Shown here: one piece after another, positions 13,621 through 27,010 of the stretch | Layout: each line of letters begins with the position of its first letter | Numbering within the stretch: position 1 is the stretch's first letter | Assembly (NCBI GenBank): GCA_951406725.2 | Contig: OX597832.1 | Span: forward strand, 40,610,001-40,674,000 | Length of the DNA: 64,000 bases | Source: Octopus vulgaris | Taxonomy: Eukaryota | Reading direction: 5' to 3' | Notes under the pieces: model-generated | The model's input: only the letters and a program-made list of their open reading frames with translations | What the model was told of the DNA's origin: nothing | Database searches by the model: none | Made by a program: the position numbers and the translations under genes

Positions 13621-14934
13621 GAAACAAATATCATCATTTATATGACAGCAATGCTTGTTTGAACCATGTATCAAGACAAGGGTATGCACACACACATACA
13701 TTTATATATATGGCATCTTTCAGTTTCTGTCAATCAGTTTTGCTCACAAGGTTTTGGTTGGCACCTAGGGCTACAATAAAAGTACTACTCCCTAAAATGG
13801 CAGCAGTCTTCATGCTAGCCAGGTGATCAGAGGCTAAAGTATCATAGGACAGGAACAGGTATCTTGCTCTAGGGGAGATTCAAGGATACCACAGTTGGAA
13901 AAGAAAGAAAGATGATGGTGAAGATGTGACACAGTAATGGGCTTACCACATGGTTTCTGTCCACCTCTTTCTCTCAGCAGTTGACCCAAAGCTATGAAAG
14001 AGGACACTTGGCCATGATGCCAAGCACTAAGACCACCTGATAAGAAAGTGAAATCTGTAAGGACAAAGTATTCAGCAGTGGCCTACAGTGTGTGCTACCC
14101 CTATATATATAAGGATAAAGACTCCAAAAGTTACTAAAAATCAATATTGGATTCAAGTTAAATAACGTTAAGTGGACAAGAGATAAACCTCTCTCACTCT
14201 CTAGACACGTTACCTGTCCATTGCAAGTGATGCTCACTCCTCAAAGCTGGATGAAGTGAGATTATAAAAATTTAAGTCTCCTACACTGAAATAAATTCAG
14301 AAACATATAGTGGGGTATGAATACATATTTGATATTTGAATTAGTAATCTATAATTTTATCTACCTGAGCAATACCTTGTGATTAGAATTTGGTAGATTT
14401 TATAACCACTTTTCTAAGCAGAATTTTGTGGCTGGTTACTCTTCATGCCACCAGCCCTTACCTATTTTTCAAGTATAAGGTGATTTTTTTCTTACATTCA
14501 TTGGGAATGTAAATACGAAAACAATTTTGTTTCAGAAACATCTAAAAAAAAACTCTTGTTAAAAAAAAAACACAGGGCTTTGCTCAGAACATTGGTGGAA
14601 TGTCAGACACAGTGTCTCCTCAGACAGTTTGAGCTAAGCAAAAAAATGCTTGTTCTGATATAGAAATCGATAAACACAGCTAACAAGGTTAGAATTGAAT
14701 TAATATACACATTAGAAATAGCCTTAAATTAAAATATCAGTGTGTATAATATTCATGATGTATATAAAAAAAAAACAGAACGGCACGACCTGTAATATTC
14801 TATCTTAGAGAAACATCTCAAAGAAGACCAAGCGGTACCAAACTGCTTTACTGAAGTATAATTAATAAACGACAACAAAGAGAGAAATTTTTCAGAGTAC
14901 ACCTGAAAATATTTGTTGAAGACTGGAAATGGCT

Positions 14935-14940
14935 TTTATT
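14935..14940 (-). terminator. Candidate TAF6 polyadenylation signal AATAAA
   Basis: TTTATT on + about 345 nt downstream of the stop codon; other signals further downstream are possible. Confidence 0.45.
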
Positions 14941-15283
14941 TTGATTGCATAAAATTTTTTTTATCCTACAACATGTCTTTGAAACCATTTAATTTGTCTA
15001 ATTGTAGCATGAAATGATTGAATTGACTGAATGCCTCAATAATCATTTGTTAGGTCATTAAGCCAGATCTTGATAAATGCTTGATAAAGATTATCCCCAA
15101 CACCTCAAAGCACCTCAGTCTGTAAACACTGGGTATTAAAATGGACATTTTTTTTTTTCCTCCACTTATCTTTGAAAAGATTCTTTCAGGACTGTCCAAA
15201 GTCTGTCCTAATTGCATCAGGAACAACAGTCAATCAAAAATAATTATTTGATAACTTTTTTGTGGCAGCAAGAATAAAAACCC

Positions 15284-15733
15284 TTAGGGGCTGTTGGGGT
15301 CTTTCTTGATAGCGATCGATGGTGTAGCACTGAAAATGCTTTTCATGCCCATGTCATGGGTTGTGGTGGAAACTGCTGCTGTATTTGTGCTGCTCGTTTG
15401 CATTATGGTAGAGCAAGTTTGTGAGTTTGAATTTGCACCTGAAGGAACCGACATGACAACAATCTTTGAACTGTTGGAGCTGGTATTTGGTGCTGTGACT
15501 AATTTCACGATGGTAGGTGTCGATGTATTGCTGCTGCCGCTAGTGAAACAAGACGTCTGAACACCCATTCCTGTTGGACGGGTTGGAGGAGTGACGATTA
15601 CAAGTTTGTTTTGACCGGGACCTTGTGTGCGAGCCATTCCACCTGATGGGGTTACAATACGTGTGTTAGTTCCACTGGAGGTCATGTTGGTTTGTGTGGA
15701 GCTGCCAGAATGGATCAAAATTGGTTGTCTTGT
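15284..15733 (-). CDS. TAF6: TAF6 terminal coding exon (S/T-rich low-complexity tail, stop TAA)
   Basis: TRQPILIHSGSS...TIVKLVT...KIVVMSVP...KKDPNSP*; polypyrimidine tract and cag acceptor, in phase with exon 10. Confidence 0.88.
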   Translation of the reverse strand, partial: TRQPILIHSGSSTQTNMTSSGTNTRIVTPSGGMARTQGPGQNKLVIVTPPTRPTGMGVQTSCFTSGSSNTSTPTIVKLVTAPNTSSNSSKIVVMSVPSGANSNSQTCSTIMQTSSTNTAAVSTTTHDMGMKSIFSATPSIAIKKDPNSP

Positions 15734-16819
15734 CTGTAAAAAAGGAAAGAAAATGAAAAACAGTAACATATAAGATAAGTCAATACAAGATAATTTACCA
15801 TGTCACATTCAGAAAAAATAAATCATGATGGTCCTACTTTCTTTAAGAATACTATTAACAATATATGTGAATCAATTACAGCCGGGAATCAAAACTAGGC
15901 TATCAGTCCACCCACACAAAAAAATTATTGATTTCAAATAATGAGGATTCAGTTGTTCAGTCAATGAATTACCTGCTTATTGAATTAGCATGACAATGCC
16001 TGAGTATCCCACAGACGTGTGCACAATTAATATAATCCTTATGTAGAGTAAGCATGACATAGTGTATGTCTCAAGGCTATACCTTTAAATTACAGGTAAA
16101 ATCCATCTGATGGGTTTCTAGGCAGTTTCTGTTTACCCAGTTTCACCAGCATCAGTGTTTTTACCTGGCACTAACACCAATGCTTTTTACGTGGCATTTT
16201 GGTTTTAGGATATAAATTCAGTCGTGGTGGGTAGGTCTTCTTCAGTGCAGCAATGCACCACATATCTTGGTCCTCAAGAAGATAAAATAGAACTTGCATC
16301 TATATAATCTTTGTTTCTTCATTATGGTGTTGGATAAACTTAAAATAACCATCTTAATTCAATTAAACATTTGTCTGCTCCCTTTTCTGAACCCTCACAG
16401 TGCTCCCTCTTTTATAAGAAACACTGGACTATACTTTTATATTGAGCAAAAGAACTAATCCTATAGGGCACAATAACAGACATAGCACATATTTCCTTTA
16501 CACAATCATTTGCACTTAAAATAGAAGCAGTACTAAAAGGATTTGTTCAGGATTCGTAGCCATAGTTCCTTACACAAAGAATCCTAGCAGCTTCATCATC
16601 AGTTGATTAAATAATCAACATCAGCGCTTGACTGTTATTACATCCTTCTGGCTCCTCAGTCGGAGGGAAGCAAGGTTAACCTTGACAGGTTTTGAATTCA
16701 GAATGTAAACAGCTGGAATGTATTACCAGAAGAACTTTTTAAAAGAAACCCCGTGTCGACAATCAACATTTCCTTAAATCTCCTTCCAAGCAAAGCAAAG
16801 CAAAATACTTAGTACTTAC

Positions 16820-16987
16820 ACTACTGCCTGTAGTCATGGTCGATGCCATGTTAGTTGCTATTGGTGTTTGTCTCTCCTGAACAACAGCTGTATGTAAAGC
16901 CTGACCAAGATATCCGTATTCTTTCATGTAGTCTTCCAGAGAATCATTCCCTGTTTTCGTATTCTTCAGGACAGGTGGCACAACTTT
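16820..16987 (-). CDS. TAF6: TAF6 coding exon 10
   Basis: KVVPPVLKNTKTGNDSLEDYMKEYGYLGQALHTAVVQERQ...TGSS, with the conserved Y..EYG.LG..L motif; cag/gtaag. Confidence 0.9.
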
Positions 16988-17053
16988 CTGGAAAAAAAAA
17001 AGGAAAAAAAACACAATAAATAATAAATCTCTGAACAAGATGTAAACAGTATA

Positions 17054-17190
17054 GGCGCAGGAGTGGCTGTGTGGTAAGTTCCGGGTTCAGTCCCACTGCG
17101 TGGCATCTTGGGCAAGTGTCTTCTGCTATAGCCCCGGGCTGACCAATGCCTTGTGAGTGGATTTGGTAGACGGAAACTGAAAGAAGCCCG

Positions 17191-17221
<31 letters not shown>

Positions 17222-17428
17222 CTGTGTTTGTCCCCTAGCATTGCTTGACAACCGATGCTGGTGTGTTTATGTCCCTCCCCGTTACTTAGCGGTTCGGCAA
17301 AAGAGACCGATAGAATAAGTACTGGGCTTACAAAAGAATAAGTCCCGGGGTCAAGTTGCTTGATTAAAGGCGGTGCTCCAGCATGGCCGCAGTCGAATGA
17401 CTGAAACAAGTAAAAGAGAAAGAGAGAG
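17054..17428 (+). mobile_element. SINE family A
   Basis: GGCGCAGGAGTGGCTGTGTGG head, internal microsatellite, ACAAGTAAAAGAG end. Confidence 0.85.
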
Positions 17429-17443
17429 TAACTGCACGACAAT

Positions 17444-17622
17444 GTAAGGTATACTAGCCATCTCAATATGGCTAACCACTAAGGGTGGGTGTTACTGTAG
17501 CTTGTAGCCCCAGGAGAAAGTGTGCCTAAAGCCAGCTGGAGATGATGATCTCCTGGGGCAACAAGCAACAGTAACACCCACCCTTAGTGGTTAGCCATAT
17601 TGAGATGGCTAGTATACCTTAC
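17444..17622. repeat. Inverted repeat with 74 bp arms and a 31 nt spacer
   Basis: 17444-17517 is the reverse complement of 17549-17622 with 2 mismatches. Confidence 0.95.
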
Positions 17623-17954
17623 TTAACCCAATATATTTTCTTTAAATGTTTGCCCAACAGTAACTCTCGTCACTTTGAATCATCATCATTGATGACAGTG
17701 GCAGCAGCAACCACGAATACAGCTACATTGGCAGTAACAATTAGTCTTATGAGCTGGACCCATGAAAAATTCATGGAAAACATAAAAATGTAAGCATCTG
17801 TAAACAGTGTAAACTGGTGCCATGAGAAATGTTTGTACGTTATGACCGTCTGTCTGTTTGTAACTAATTTATTCATCCAGATTGTTGAATGATAATCACA
17901 AATCCAAGTTCAAATTCTGCCAAGGTTGACTCTGACATTATATCTCATTTTATT

Positions 17955-18268
17955 TCCGTGCCGGTGGCACGTAATAAGCACCATCCAATCATGGCCGTTG
18001 CCAGCCTCGTCTGGCCTCCGTGCCGATGGCACGTAAAAAGCACCATCCGATCATGGCTGTTTGCCAGCCTCATCTGGCACCTGTGCTAGTGGCACGTAAA
18101 AAGCACCCACTACACTCTCGGAGTGGTTGGCATTAAGAAGGGCATCCAGCTGTAGAAACATTGCCAGATCAGACTGGAGCCTGGTGCAGCCTTCTGGCTT
18201 CCCAGATCCCAGTTGAACTGTCCAACCCATGCTAGCATGGAAAGCGGACGCTAAACGATGATGATGAT
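17955..18268 (+). mobile_element. Retroposon family C
   Basis: Internal GTGCC.GTGGCACGTAAAAAGCACC repeats, GAAGGGCATCCAGCTGTAGAAAC, (ATG)n tail. Confidence 0.8.
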
Positions 18269-18793
18269 TGTTATAAGCGATACCAGTAAAATACTAGGAA
18301 TTTAGTTCAGTTGACTGTAACCATCTCTCTTCCTTCTTCTCCCCACTCTGAAACTCTTCCTCGTCAAAAGTAATCGCTAATAATTTGATATGAGCAGCTT
18401 TCAATATGAAGGTGAAAATTGTCAGCAACCTAAACGTCACATAAAATTTATCATTGCAAAACCAGAAAGTTTTCTTTTGTAATTACAAGCCAAGAGAAAC
18501 ACTGTCTAAGTGTAACTGTGTGTATACAGTGATCACAGCAGTGTGTGTGTGTTTGTGCAAGATAATTCATTATTACTGGCTTTGTTACATTGACAAAGAC
18601 AAAGTGTTTCGTTTTACTCTAACCACATAACCAGCAAGTAAATTCTATTGTTTTCTTTCTAAGCCTTTCTGATTGTGGTTGAAGCTTCTTCAGATATTTG
18701 CTTTTGCCATTAAGTGAAAATATTGTGATTGAGAGGTGCCAGTTGTCTTAGCCATGTGGTGTGAGTCTATACTAATGGACTGACTGAAATTAA

Positions 18794-19012
18794 CCCTTAT
18801 GTTACCATATTTATTTTGAGATGCTTTGTGTTTCTTTCAATTATTTTAAATATAACAAATAATTTAGTAAAATAACTTAGTTATCATTCAGCTGGTGTTA
18901 GGAACATAAATTGTGACTAAGATTGGTGGAAGATTTTAATTCAGAACTTATGAAAACAAGACATTTGTACTCAGAGCCAGGGCCGGCTTCAGCCGGGTTG
19001 GTAACGAAAGGG
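18794..19012. mobile_element. piggyBac-like MITE family 1
   Basis: TTAA|CCCTTATGTTACCA ... TGGTAACGAAAGGG|TTAA; sister copies at 40192-40412 and 56500-56707. Confidence 0.8.
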
Positions 19013-19307
19013 TTAAGGAAGGGCAGCTTTCAAATGTTGTAGCTGAAAAAATTAATATCGGCTAACTTTATTTCCATATAGAACAAAGACATTAAATGAT
19101 GATGATGGTAGTCTCCCTATTGTTAACTACTCATTTGTGAAACAGTTGTAAAATATTGTCTTTCAGGGCAACTGACACAATGATATTATCTGTCTTTCTC
19201 TGGAGCATAATGTCAATTGTTGCACCAAGGGTTTGAATTCACAGCTGATCCTGGTTTTCCACCACTTTAACTAAATTTACAGTCATCTTATCCTTATCAT
19301 GTTTTAA

Positions 19308-19528
19308 CCCTTTAGTGTTCAGATTACTCTGTTAAATGCAATGCTTTTTCACTCAAATTGTTTTTAATTAATCATGCATTACCTTATAGCTTTGAGGTTT
19401 CAATGATGTAATTGTTTATTTTTAGACTGTCAATGTAGGTTAGGTGTGAGAGGCTGGATATGGCCAGTTTGAATATAAAATATGTAGAATATATTGGGCC
19501 AGATTTGGCCAGTTTAAACACTAAAGGG
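19308..19528. mobile_element. piggyBac-like MITE family 2
   Basis: TTAA|CCCTTTAGTGTT ... AACACTAAAGGG|TTAA; related copy near 33155-33360. Confidence 0.78.
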
Positions 19529-19647
19529 TTAAGGATAAACAAAAAGAAATGAAAAATTTAGCATTAAAAAAAAATTCTTATACTTTATGAAAACCAAAAC
19601 AGTTGAATTATTAATAAAACAGAACTGAAAAAAACAAAAACAATTAC

Positions 19648-19773
19648 CAACAAAATCTTTTTCACGTGATCAACAGCAAGCTTGTCCAAACTATTCACAA
19701 CAGGGCTGTCAATAACTGCTTTTAACCGGTCACCAAGAACCTTCAAATGGGGTACAATGAAAGCTTTCACAAC
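19648..19773 (-). CDS. TAF6: TAF6 coding exon 9
   Basis: VVKAFIVPHLKVLGDRLKAVIDSPVVNSLDKLAVDHVKKILL; cag/gtaat. Confidence 0.92.
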
Positions 19774-19917
19774 CTGTAATGTAGAGAGAAGTGTTTTCCT
19801 TGTTTAGATGTCAGTAACTGAGCAGAGAAGATGGGGTGGGAGGAAATTTAGCAAGAGCATAAAAACAAAAACATAAATACGAAAATAAGATAGTAGCTTA
19901 GAAAAGTCTGACATTAC

Positions 19918-20050
19918 CTCTTGTCCTTGCTCTCCAAGACCAACAAGTGCACCATATTGTGTAGATAGAGGAACCTTTTCTGTTTGGAGAGCTTTACTAA
20001 AAAGCTTTGTCACTCTTGTCTGAAGGTTGTTTCGGCAAGTATTAAAAGTT
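19918..20050 (-). CDS. TAF6: TAF6 coding exon 8
   Basis: TFNTCRNNLQTRVTKLFSKALQTEKVPLSTQYGALVGLGEQGQE; tag/gtaat, phase 2 to 0. Confidence 0.93.
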
Positions 20051-20207
20051 CTAGAGGTAATTAAAATAACATTATCCGATAAATTAAATATAACGGAAAA
20101 ATATGTTAGTCTTAAAACTGTTAATCCTGGAAAGAAGGTAAAAAAAATAATAACTAAAATAAACAAAAATTATTATGATTATTAATTACTCTTATTAACA
20201 AGGAAGA

Positions 20208-20423
20208 AGGTGGAGAGCTGGCAGAATCGTTAGCACATCAGGCAAAATGTTTAGTGGCATTTCATCTGTCTTTACGTTCTGAGTTCAAATTCCACCAATG
20301 CTGACTTTGCCTTTCATCCTTTCAGGGTCAATAAATTGAGTACCAGTGAAACACTGGGGTTGATGTAATCAACTAGCCCCCTATCACAAAATTTCAGCCC
20401 TTGTGCCTTTAGTAGAAAGGATT
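20208..20423 (+). mobile_element. SINE family B
   Basis: GAGCTGGCAGAATCGTTAGCAC...GAGTTCAAATTCC...GCCTTTCATCCTTTC; another copy at about 20863-21080. Confidence 0.8.
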
Positions 20424-20435
20424 ATTAATAGGGAA

Positions 20436-20845
20436 CCAATTTTACTATATGGCTCAGAAACCTGGATGTTATCAAAGAAGCTTGAGAGGCAGTTGGATGG
20501 AACTTACACTTGCTTCCTTATGAGAGCTCAAAATCTCTTGTGGAAGCGCCATCCAACCAAAATGCAAATATATGGGAAATTACCACCTGTATCATCTCTT
20601 GTGAAAGGTAGAAGAGTACAGTTTGCTGGACATTGTTGTAGAGCTGAAAATGAGGTAATCTCTACTCTTCTCCTCTGGAAGCCATCTGCTTGTGATACCA
20701 GAGGGCGCACACTCTCCTACCCTGATGTAATCTCCAGGGATACAGGCATCCAGCAACAGGTCCTCCGTAATGCTATGATGGACCGTGAAGTCTGGCGTAG
20801 CATGGTAAGTTCCATTGTCTCGACTACGGTCGAACAATGATGATG
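20436..20845 (+). mobile_element. 5'-truncated RTE-type LINE with a 12 bp target-site duplication
   Basis: EPILLYGSETW...RRVQFAGHC..DREVWR (ORF2 C-terminus), (ATG)n tail, TSD ATTAATAGGGAA at 20424 and 20846. Confidence 0.88.
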
Positions 20846-22839
20846 ATTAATAGGGAAGTTGAAGGTGGTGAGCTGGTAGAATCATTAGGATGCCAGACTA
20901 AATGCTTACCAGTATTTCTTCCAGCTTCAGGCTTTAAGTTCAAATGCTACCAAGGTTGACTTTTGCCTCTCGTCCTTTTGGAATCGATAAAATAAGCAAC
21001 AGTTGAACGCTGGAGTTGATGTAATCAAATAGCCCCCACCCCCAGCAAAAACCTCAGGCCTTGTGGCTGGTAGAAAGACTTATTGATGTCGTAATTGTCA
21101 GAATAAATATAACATTGGAACCAGATGTTCTTTGTGGTTGATTACAAGAAACTACAAGACTAGCGGGAAAGAGAGAGGGTGGAAGGTATCTGCAAATCAG
21201 AGATCTGGCCTGAGTGCTTGGGACAGAGATGTCACTGAACCACTACAAGGTCCAGTCCTTGTCGTGGTGTGGTGTGGTAGCTTGTGTATATCTCAATAAC
21301 TCTGAAAGCTATATCATTGGAGTGTAAGTTCCTGGTAGGGTCTCTTGTGCTTGATGGGTCAAAGGTTAGAGGCCAGACTAATATGGAACACCTCTTCTCA
21401 GAGGGGTTGCATAGGATCAACATCCCTACCTAGAAAAATGGGAGTGGGGGGGTCACACAAGCATTGATAGCAATTCAAAATCAACAAAATCTGGGAGAGG
21501 GAGGCCTTCCTTCAGGGACAGTCTAGAGTCAAGAACAATGAAGAAAAGTTGTCCATGGTCTACGCTCCATAGGGAGTAAAGAGCTTAAGCAAGTAAGCTG
21601 AATCTCATGATGTTGCCCCTATGATGCTATCAAAGAGTTGAGGGCTGAAGACAAAGGCAAGATTGGTCAATAGGATAGTTAATAATGCAATATGTGTTTA
21701 ATAGGGTTAACACTGATAGCTGTTCTGCAGAGTCAATAATTCAATGAATAATTAGTAGTTTTAATTGAGCAATTAACATAAAATACTTCAGTACTTAAAA
21801 CATTTCAAAATTAATAGTGTCAAAAACAGAACACAATATTGATTGAATTGACCCAATTCTCATGGAAAGTATTTGAAAGCAGCAGCAGGTGATCCTTTCC
21901 CAGACAACACAAAACAGTCCTGCACACTGATACCAGATCATAATGCTATCAGTTCACAAATCAGGTGAAACTAAAATAACAACATCAAAAGGATTAAATC
22001 ATCTTTATATTCAGGCATTATCATCAAGTTCATCATCATCATCGTTTAATGTCTGTTTTCCATGCTAGCATGGGTTGGATGGTTCGACCGGGGTCTGGGA
22101 AGCCAGGAGGCTGCAGCAGGCTCCAGTCTGATCTGGCAGTGTTTCTACAGCTGGATTCCCTTCCTAACCACAACTCCGTGAGTGTAGTGGGTGCTTTTTA
22201 CGTGCCACTGGCACAGGGGCCAGATGAGGCTGGCAAACGGCCACGATTCGTTGGTGCTTTTACGCATTACAGACACGGACGCATTATAAAGATCATTATT
22301 TAACCTAAGGAGATGTGTGTGAGTGTGAGACGTTTCAACCTGAAAACATTTTTCTTCTAATCTCTCCTCTCAAATACACATACACATAAAACAGTATGGA
22401 TGTTGGGTAGAATATATAATCCAAGCAGGAAGCTTTCTTAAGATGCTACTGCTCCAATCAGCTGAAAATCCACAAACGATCCGTACAGTATATATCATCA
22501 TCACTTGGCTTGACGGGTCTTCTTCAAGCACAGCAGATTGCCAAAGGTCTCAGTCATTTGTCATTGCCTCCGTAAGGGTCAATGCTTGAAAGGTGCCTTT
22601 TATGTGCCACTGGCACGGGTGCCAGTAATGTGACACCAACGAACACAACTTGGCTTGAAGGGTCTTCTCAAGCATGAAAGATGCTTTTTACATGCCACTG
22701 GCACAGATCTCAGTTATGTGATACTGACGATGGCTACAGCTGTTACTTCAATTGACTTGACAGGATTTTTCAGGCATGGCATATTGCCAAACGCCTCAGG
22801 CACGAGTCATTGCCTCCATGATATATATATATATATATG

Positions 22840-23110
22840 TGGCTGATGCCAGCGCCGCCTTGACTGGCTTCCGTGCCGGTGGCACGTTAAAAACACCAAC
22901 TGATTGTGGCCGCTGCTAGACTCCCCTGGCACATAAAAAGCACCCACTACACTCACGGAGTGGTTGGCATTAGGAAGGGCATCCAGCTGTAGAAACTCTG
23001 CCAGATCAGACTGGAGCCTGGTGCAGCCTTCTGGCTTCCCAGATCCCTGGTTGAACCATCCAACCCATGCTAGCGCAGAAAACAGACGTTAAACAATGAT
23101 GATGATGATG
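22840..23110 (+). mobile_element. Retroposon family C; an inverted copy lies at about 22031-22270
   Basis: Same diagnostic motifs and (ATG)n tail as the other family C copies. Confidence 0.78.
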
Positions 23111-24063
23111 ATATATATATATATTTATGAATGTATGCATATATATATATATGTATGTATGTGTGTATAGGTACAAAGGGTTGCTCAGAAATTCCTGGCT
23201 TTGAGTAAAAGAAAATATATAATACACAAAATATTCTAACAATTCTTTTAACACAATTTCTAATAATATTTAATCATAAACAATATAATATGTCTTTTTT
23301 AAACACTGAATGACGAGGAGGATCAATCTAAGGAAAGTAAGAATCAAAGGGGTCCATAAGTAAAAAAATGGTTGAGGAACACTAGCTTAGAGAATTGCTC
23401 ATCCTGCTGAAAACAGCAGCCTAATCTCTCTCATTTACACTTTGATATTTTAGAAAAAGGAAGGTCGTATTGAATAATACATTTTTTTAGATAAACTACA
23501 TTTAAAAAATAGATGGGATCACCACAGTTGTAATGCCTTTAATCACAGCTTTTGTGAATCAGGGTTGACCTAGGGTTAAACAACAACAGTGCTGCCACCA
23601 CGACCACCACCTTGGAGACGAAAGCAGCTTCTGGAACTTCTCTAACTACATTTATTATACTCTGGTGAATAAGGTAACATATATAGGGAGATAGAGCTTT
23701 TGATAGGGTCTTGGGTCCAGTTCCAATGCAGGGCACCTTGAGCAGATGTCTTCTACTGTGACCCCGCTCTGACCAAAACCTTTTGAGTGGATTTGGGAGT
23801 TGAAAATTGAAAGAAGACTGTTGTGTGTGTATGTATGTTAGTGTTGTTGTATTTGTCCCCCCACCCCATCCCTACAACTAGTGTTAGTGTGTTTACGTAA
23901 CTTAGCAGTTCAGCAAAAGAGACCAATAGAATAAATACCAGACTTTAAAAAAAAAGTAAGTAGTGAGGGCAATTTGTTGGATTAGATCCTTCAAGGCAAT
24001 GCCCCCAGCAATGGCTGCAGTCCAATGACTGAAACAAGCAAAAGAGAAAAGATAGAAGATTAC

Positions 24064-24188
24064 CGGCAGATGTTGTTCATAAGTCTTGCAGCAAAGTCTC
24101 GCAAAGCCCAGTGGTTGTCTAAATCGGGCTTCATACACAACTGTTTACTGACAATACAGGTCGTTACAGCAGGGACAATTTCATGGAG
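24064..24188 (-). CDS. TAF6: TAF6 coding exon 7
   Basis: [41 protein letters not shown](R); cag/gtaat, ends in phase 2. Follows a 14 kb intron. Confidence 0.95.
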
Positions 24189-25196
24189 CTGGAGATGAGG
24201 AAAAAAAGAAAAGAAAGGTTTCCTATTATTAAATTGAAATCTGAAGAGAGATCAATATTAATTACTTTAAGCAAATTGCTCATCAAAAATACAGAAGGAT
24301 CAGTTAATTATGATTTTATTCAACATATTCCTCCCTCAAACTTACACACTTATTGCAGTGGTCCTTCAGTTTTTCTAAGCCCTGTAAAAGAACCCAAGAA
24401 GATTGGGCTTCCAGCCAGGTCTTTTGTGAAATCCTTAAAGCCAGGAACTTTTCAGTAACCCACTTGTATATCAAAACATCAACGTTTTTTTCGTTTTTTT
24501 TGTTTTTTTTTTTACATCCATCTTCCCATTTGTTGGATACCTTTTCTGAGGCATAGCTTTACAGCCAGATGCTCTCCTTGTCAGCAACACTTTTGACCAC
24601 TTCTTATACAGACAGGGATACGGTGAACACATTCAGAAACTGAGACACACTCACAGAAAATGATAAAAGTATTAGGTAAAAAAGAAAATGATAAAACTAC
24701 AGCAAAGTTTCTATCTGCTAAAAGTTCAATTTTGATGTGTAGTGAGTTGTGTTCTTGAGCAAAACATTTAATTTCATGTTGCCCTAGTCCCCCTTTTCAA
24801 TCAGGGAAAATGTTGGCCTGCTCACGTTGCCAGCAGGGTGGTGTCATCCAAAGGTTAAAACATTGCAAATCACATTGTGACCAGCGGTGTGTAACAACAT
24901 CTGATAATCTGGTCAGCCATGTGATCACATGGTATATAATTGCCAGTTTCCATAGATTCTGTGGTGCATATGTTTTCCTCTTGGATAGGATGCCAGTCCA
25001 TCACAGTGTTACTCATTTTTGCCATCTGAGTGGACTAGAGCAATGTGAAATGAAGTGTTTTGCTCAAGAACACAATGAATCACCTGGTCCAGGAATTGAA
25101 ACCACAATCTTACCATCATAAGTGCAACACCCTAACCACTAAGCCATGTGCCTCAACATACACACACACACACTCTCTCTCTCTCACACACACACA

Positions 25197-25234
<38 letters not shown>

Positions 25235-26177
25235 TACATACACACACAAAAGCACCCAGTATACTCTGTAAAGTGGTTGGTGTTAGGAAAGGCACCCAGC
25301 CATAGAGGACATCATAGCCTGACACAGCCTTGCAGCTTTCTGGTTCTCTGTCAAACCGTCCCACCCATTCCAGCATCGAAAGTGAACGGTAAATGATGAT
25401 GGTGTTGTTAATTTAAGAAATAATATCAGAACATTTACTGATGGTGGAATGGTGGAGAGAATCAATACTAAATCTAGAGTCAAGTCTATAATAAAATTCA
25501 TTTTGACTGGATCTTATGCATGACTGTTTAGTCAACCATACAGTCCGGAAAATTCCTAATCAAAACAAATTTCATACAATACACATGTATATATTCAAGC
25601 ATTATCCTATAGACTAATAGTTTTATATACAAATTAACTATAGAACCACCTTATATACATTCAAATAGTTGAACAAATTTACAGTGCCACTCACCCTTAT
25701 GTCACCTACCAACACGTGTTGGCAATTTTTAATGACTGATCAGACAAATACAATTTTTTGTACAATTCTTATATTCTGTGCCTTTATTTCAAAACCATCA
25801 GAGCGTGAAGCACTCCTCGTGAACAGATGCTCGTGAGATGGTTGTGGTCTGTAAACTTGTTTTGAGCAGGAGCCAGAAAGAGAAGTATGAACATGCAATG
25901 CACACGTGCACACTGGATTCGTCAAATGGAAGAGAAGAATAAAACAAGTCATATGATGGTCTGCATGCCACATCTGACACCGCCATCACACAGCTTTGCT
26001 GCAGTTTTCTTGTTAGTATAACCTCTGGTTGTTTTAAGCTTTTAGTATTCAGATCACTCTCTCAAAAAATAATGATTAATTTGAGTCAATCATGCATCAT
26101 CTTGCTGCTTTGAGATCTTGAAGATGCGATTGTTCTTTTCTTTCAATGACATTGTAGGGTAGATGCGGGAGGCTGGA

Positions 26178-26530
26178 TTAAGTCGATTATATCGACCCCA
26201 GTGCGTAACTGGTACTTATTTAATCGACCACCGAAAGGATGAAAGGCAAAGTCAACCTCGGTGGAATTTGAACTCAGAACGTAACAGCAGACGAAATACC
26301 TATTTCTTTACTACCCAAAAGGGGCTAAACACAGAAGGGACAAACAAGGACAGACAAACAGATTAAGTCGATTATATCAACCCCAGTGCGTAACTGGTAC
26401 TTAATTTATCAACCCCGAAAGGATGAAAGGCAAAGTCGACCTCGGCAGAATTTGAACTCAGAACGTAGCGACAGACGAAATACCGCGAAGCACTTCGCCT
26501 GGCGTGCTAACGTTTCTGCCAGCTCACCAC
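26178..26530 (-). mobile_element. SINE family B with partial tandem duplication
   Basis: The CCCAGTGCGTAACTGGTAC...GAACTCAGAACGTA block occurs twice. Confidence 0.8.
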
Positions 26531-27010
26531 GTTCTTAGCTGTACTATTTCTAGCAGGCTGAATAACAACTGTGAACAGACCCCCCCTCATTAGTTCATCA
26601 TTTCTTTTCTACATTTTCTTTTTTTTTTGATATTTTGCTCTGTTCATGCACCCATTCCCTTTGCCCTACAACTCTCTCTCTCTCTCCCTCACACACACAC
26701 ACACGTATACTATAATAATCAATAATTGTTAGGATCAACAAAGCAACAAAATGTCACAGATGCATTAATTAACTCACAAACAAGCCACTGCATGAGGCTC
26801 ATTGTGGTCACTTGACTAGCTAAAAAGAACAGCCAATGTTCCATCAAATTACATCTTAGCATGTTAGAAGAGGGAGGAGACACTTGGGATAATGTAGTCC
26901 TAGATAAGCAATGCCTGAATAAAGGACAGAAAGCTTATGGTTGGAATACCTTTAAAAGGGGGTTTACTCAGAGAGGGCTAAATTACGACTAAAACCCAAA
27001 AGGCTCTGTT

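Noticed and set aside
15294-15560. Hydrophobic + strand ORF
   Set aside because: It is the antisense shadow of the S/T-rich TAF6 last exon.
16966-17466. Recurrent ORFs of the type ASFSFRLPNPLTRHWSARGYSRRHLPK
   Set aside because: They are antisense translations of SINE family A, repeated at many loci, and are not a protein family.
25690-26000. Unique intronic segment as a snoRNA or cryptic exon
   Set aside because: Only a partial box C-like motif and a CTGA are visible, with no convincing terminal stem, guide or open frame.
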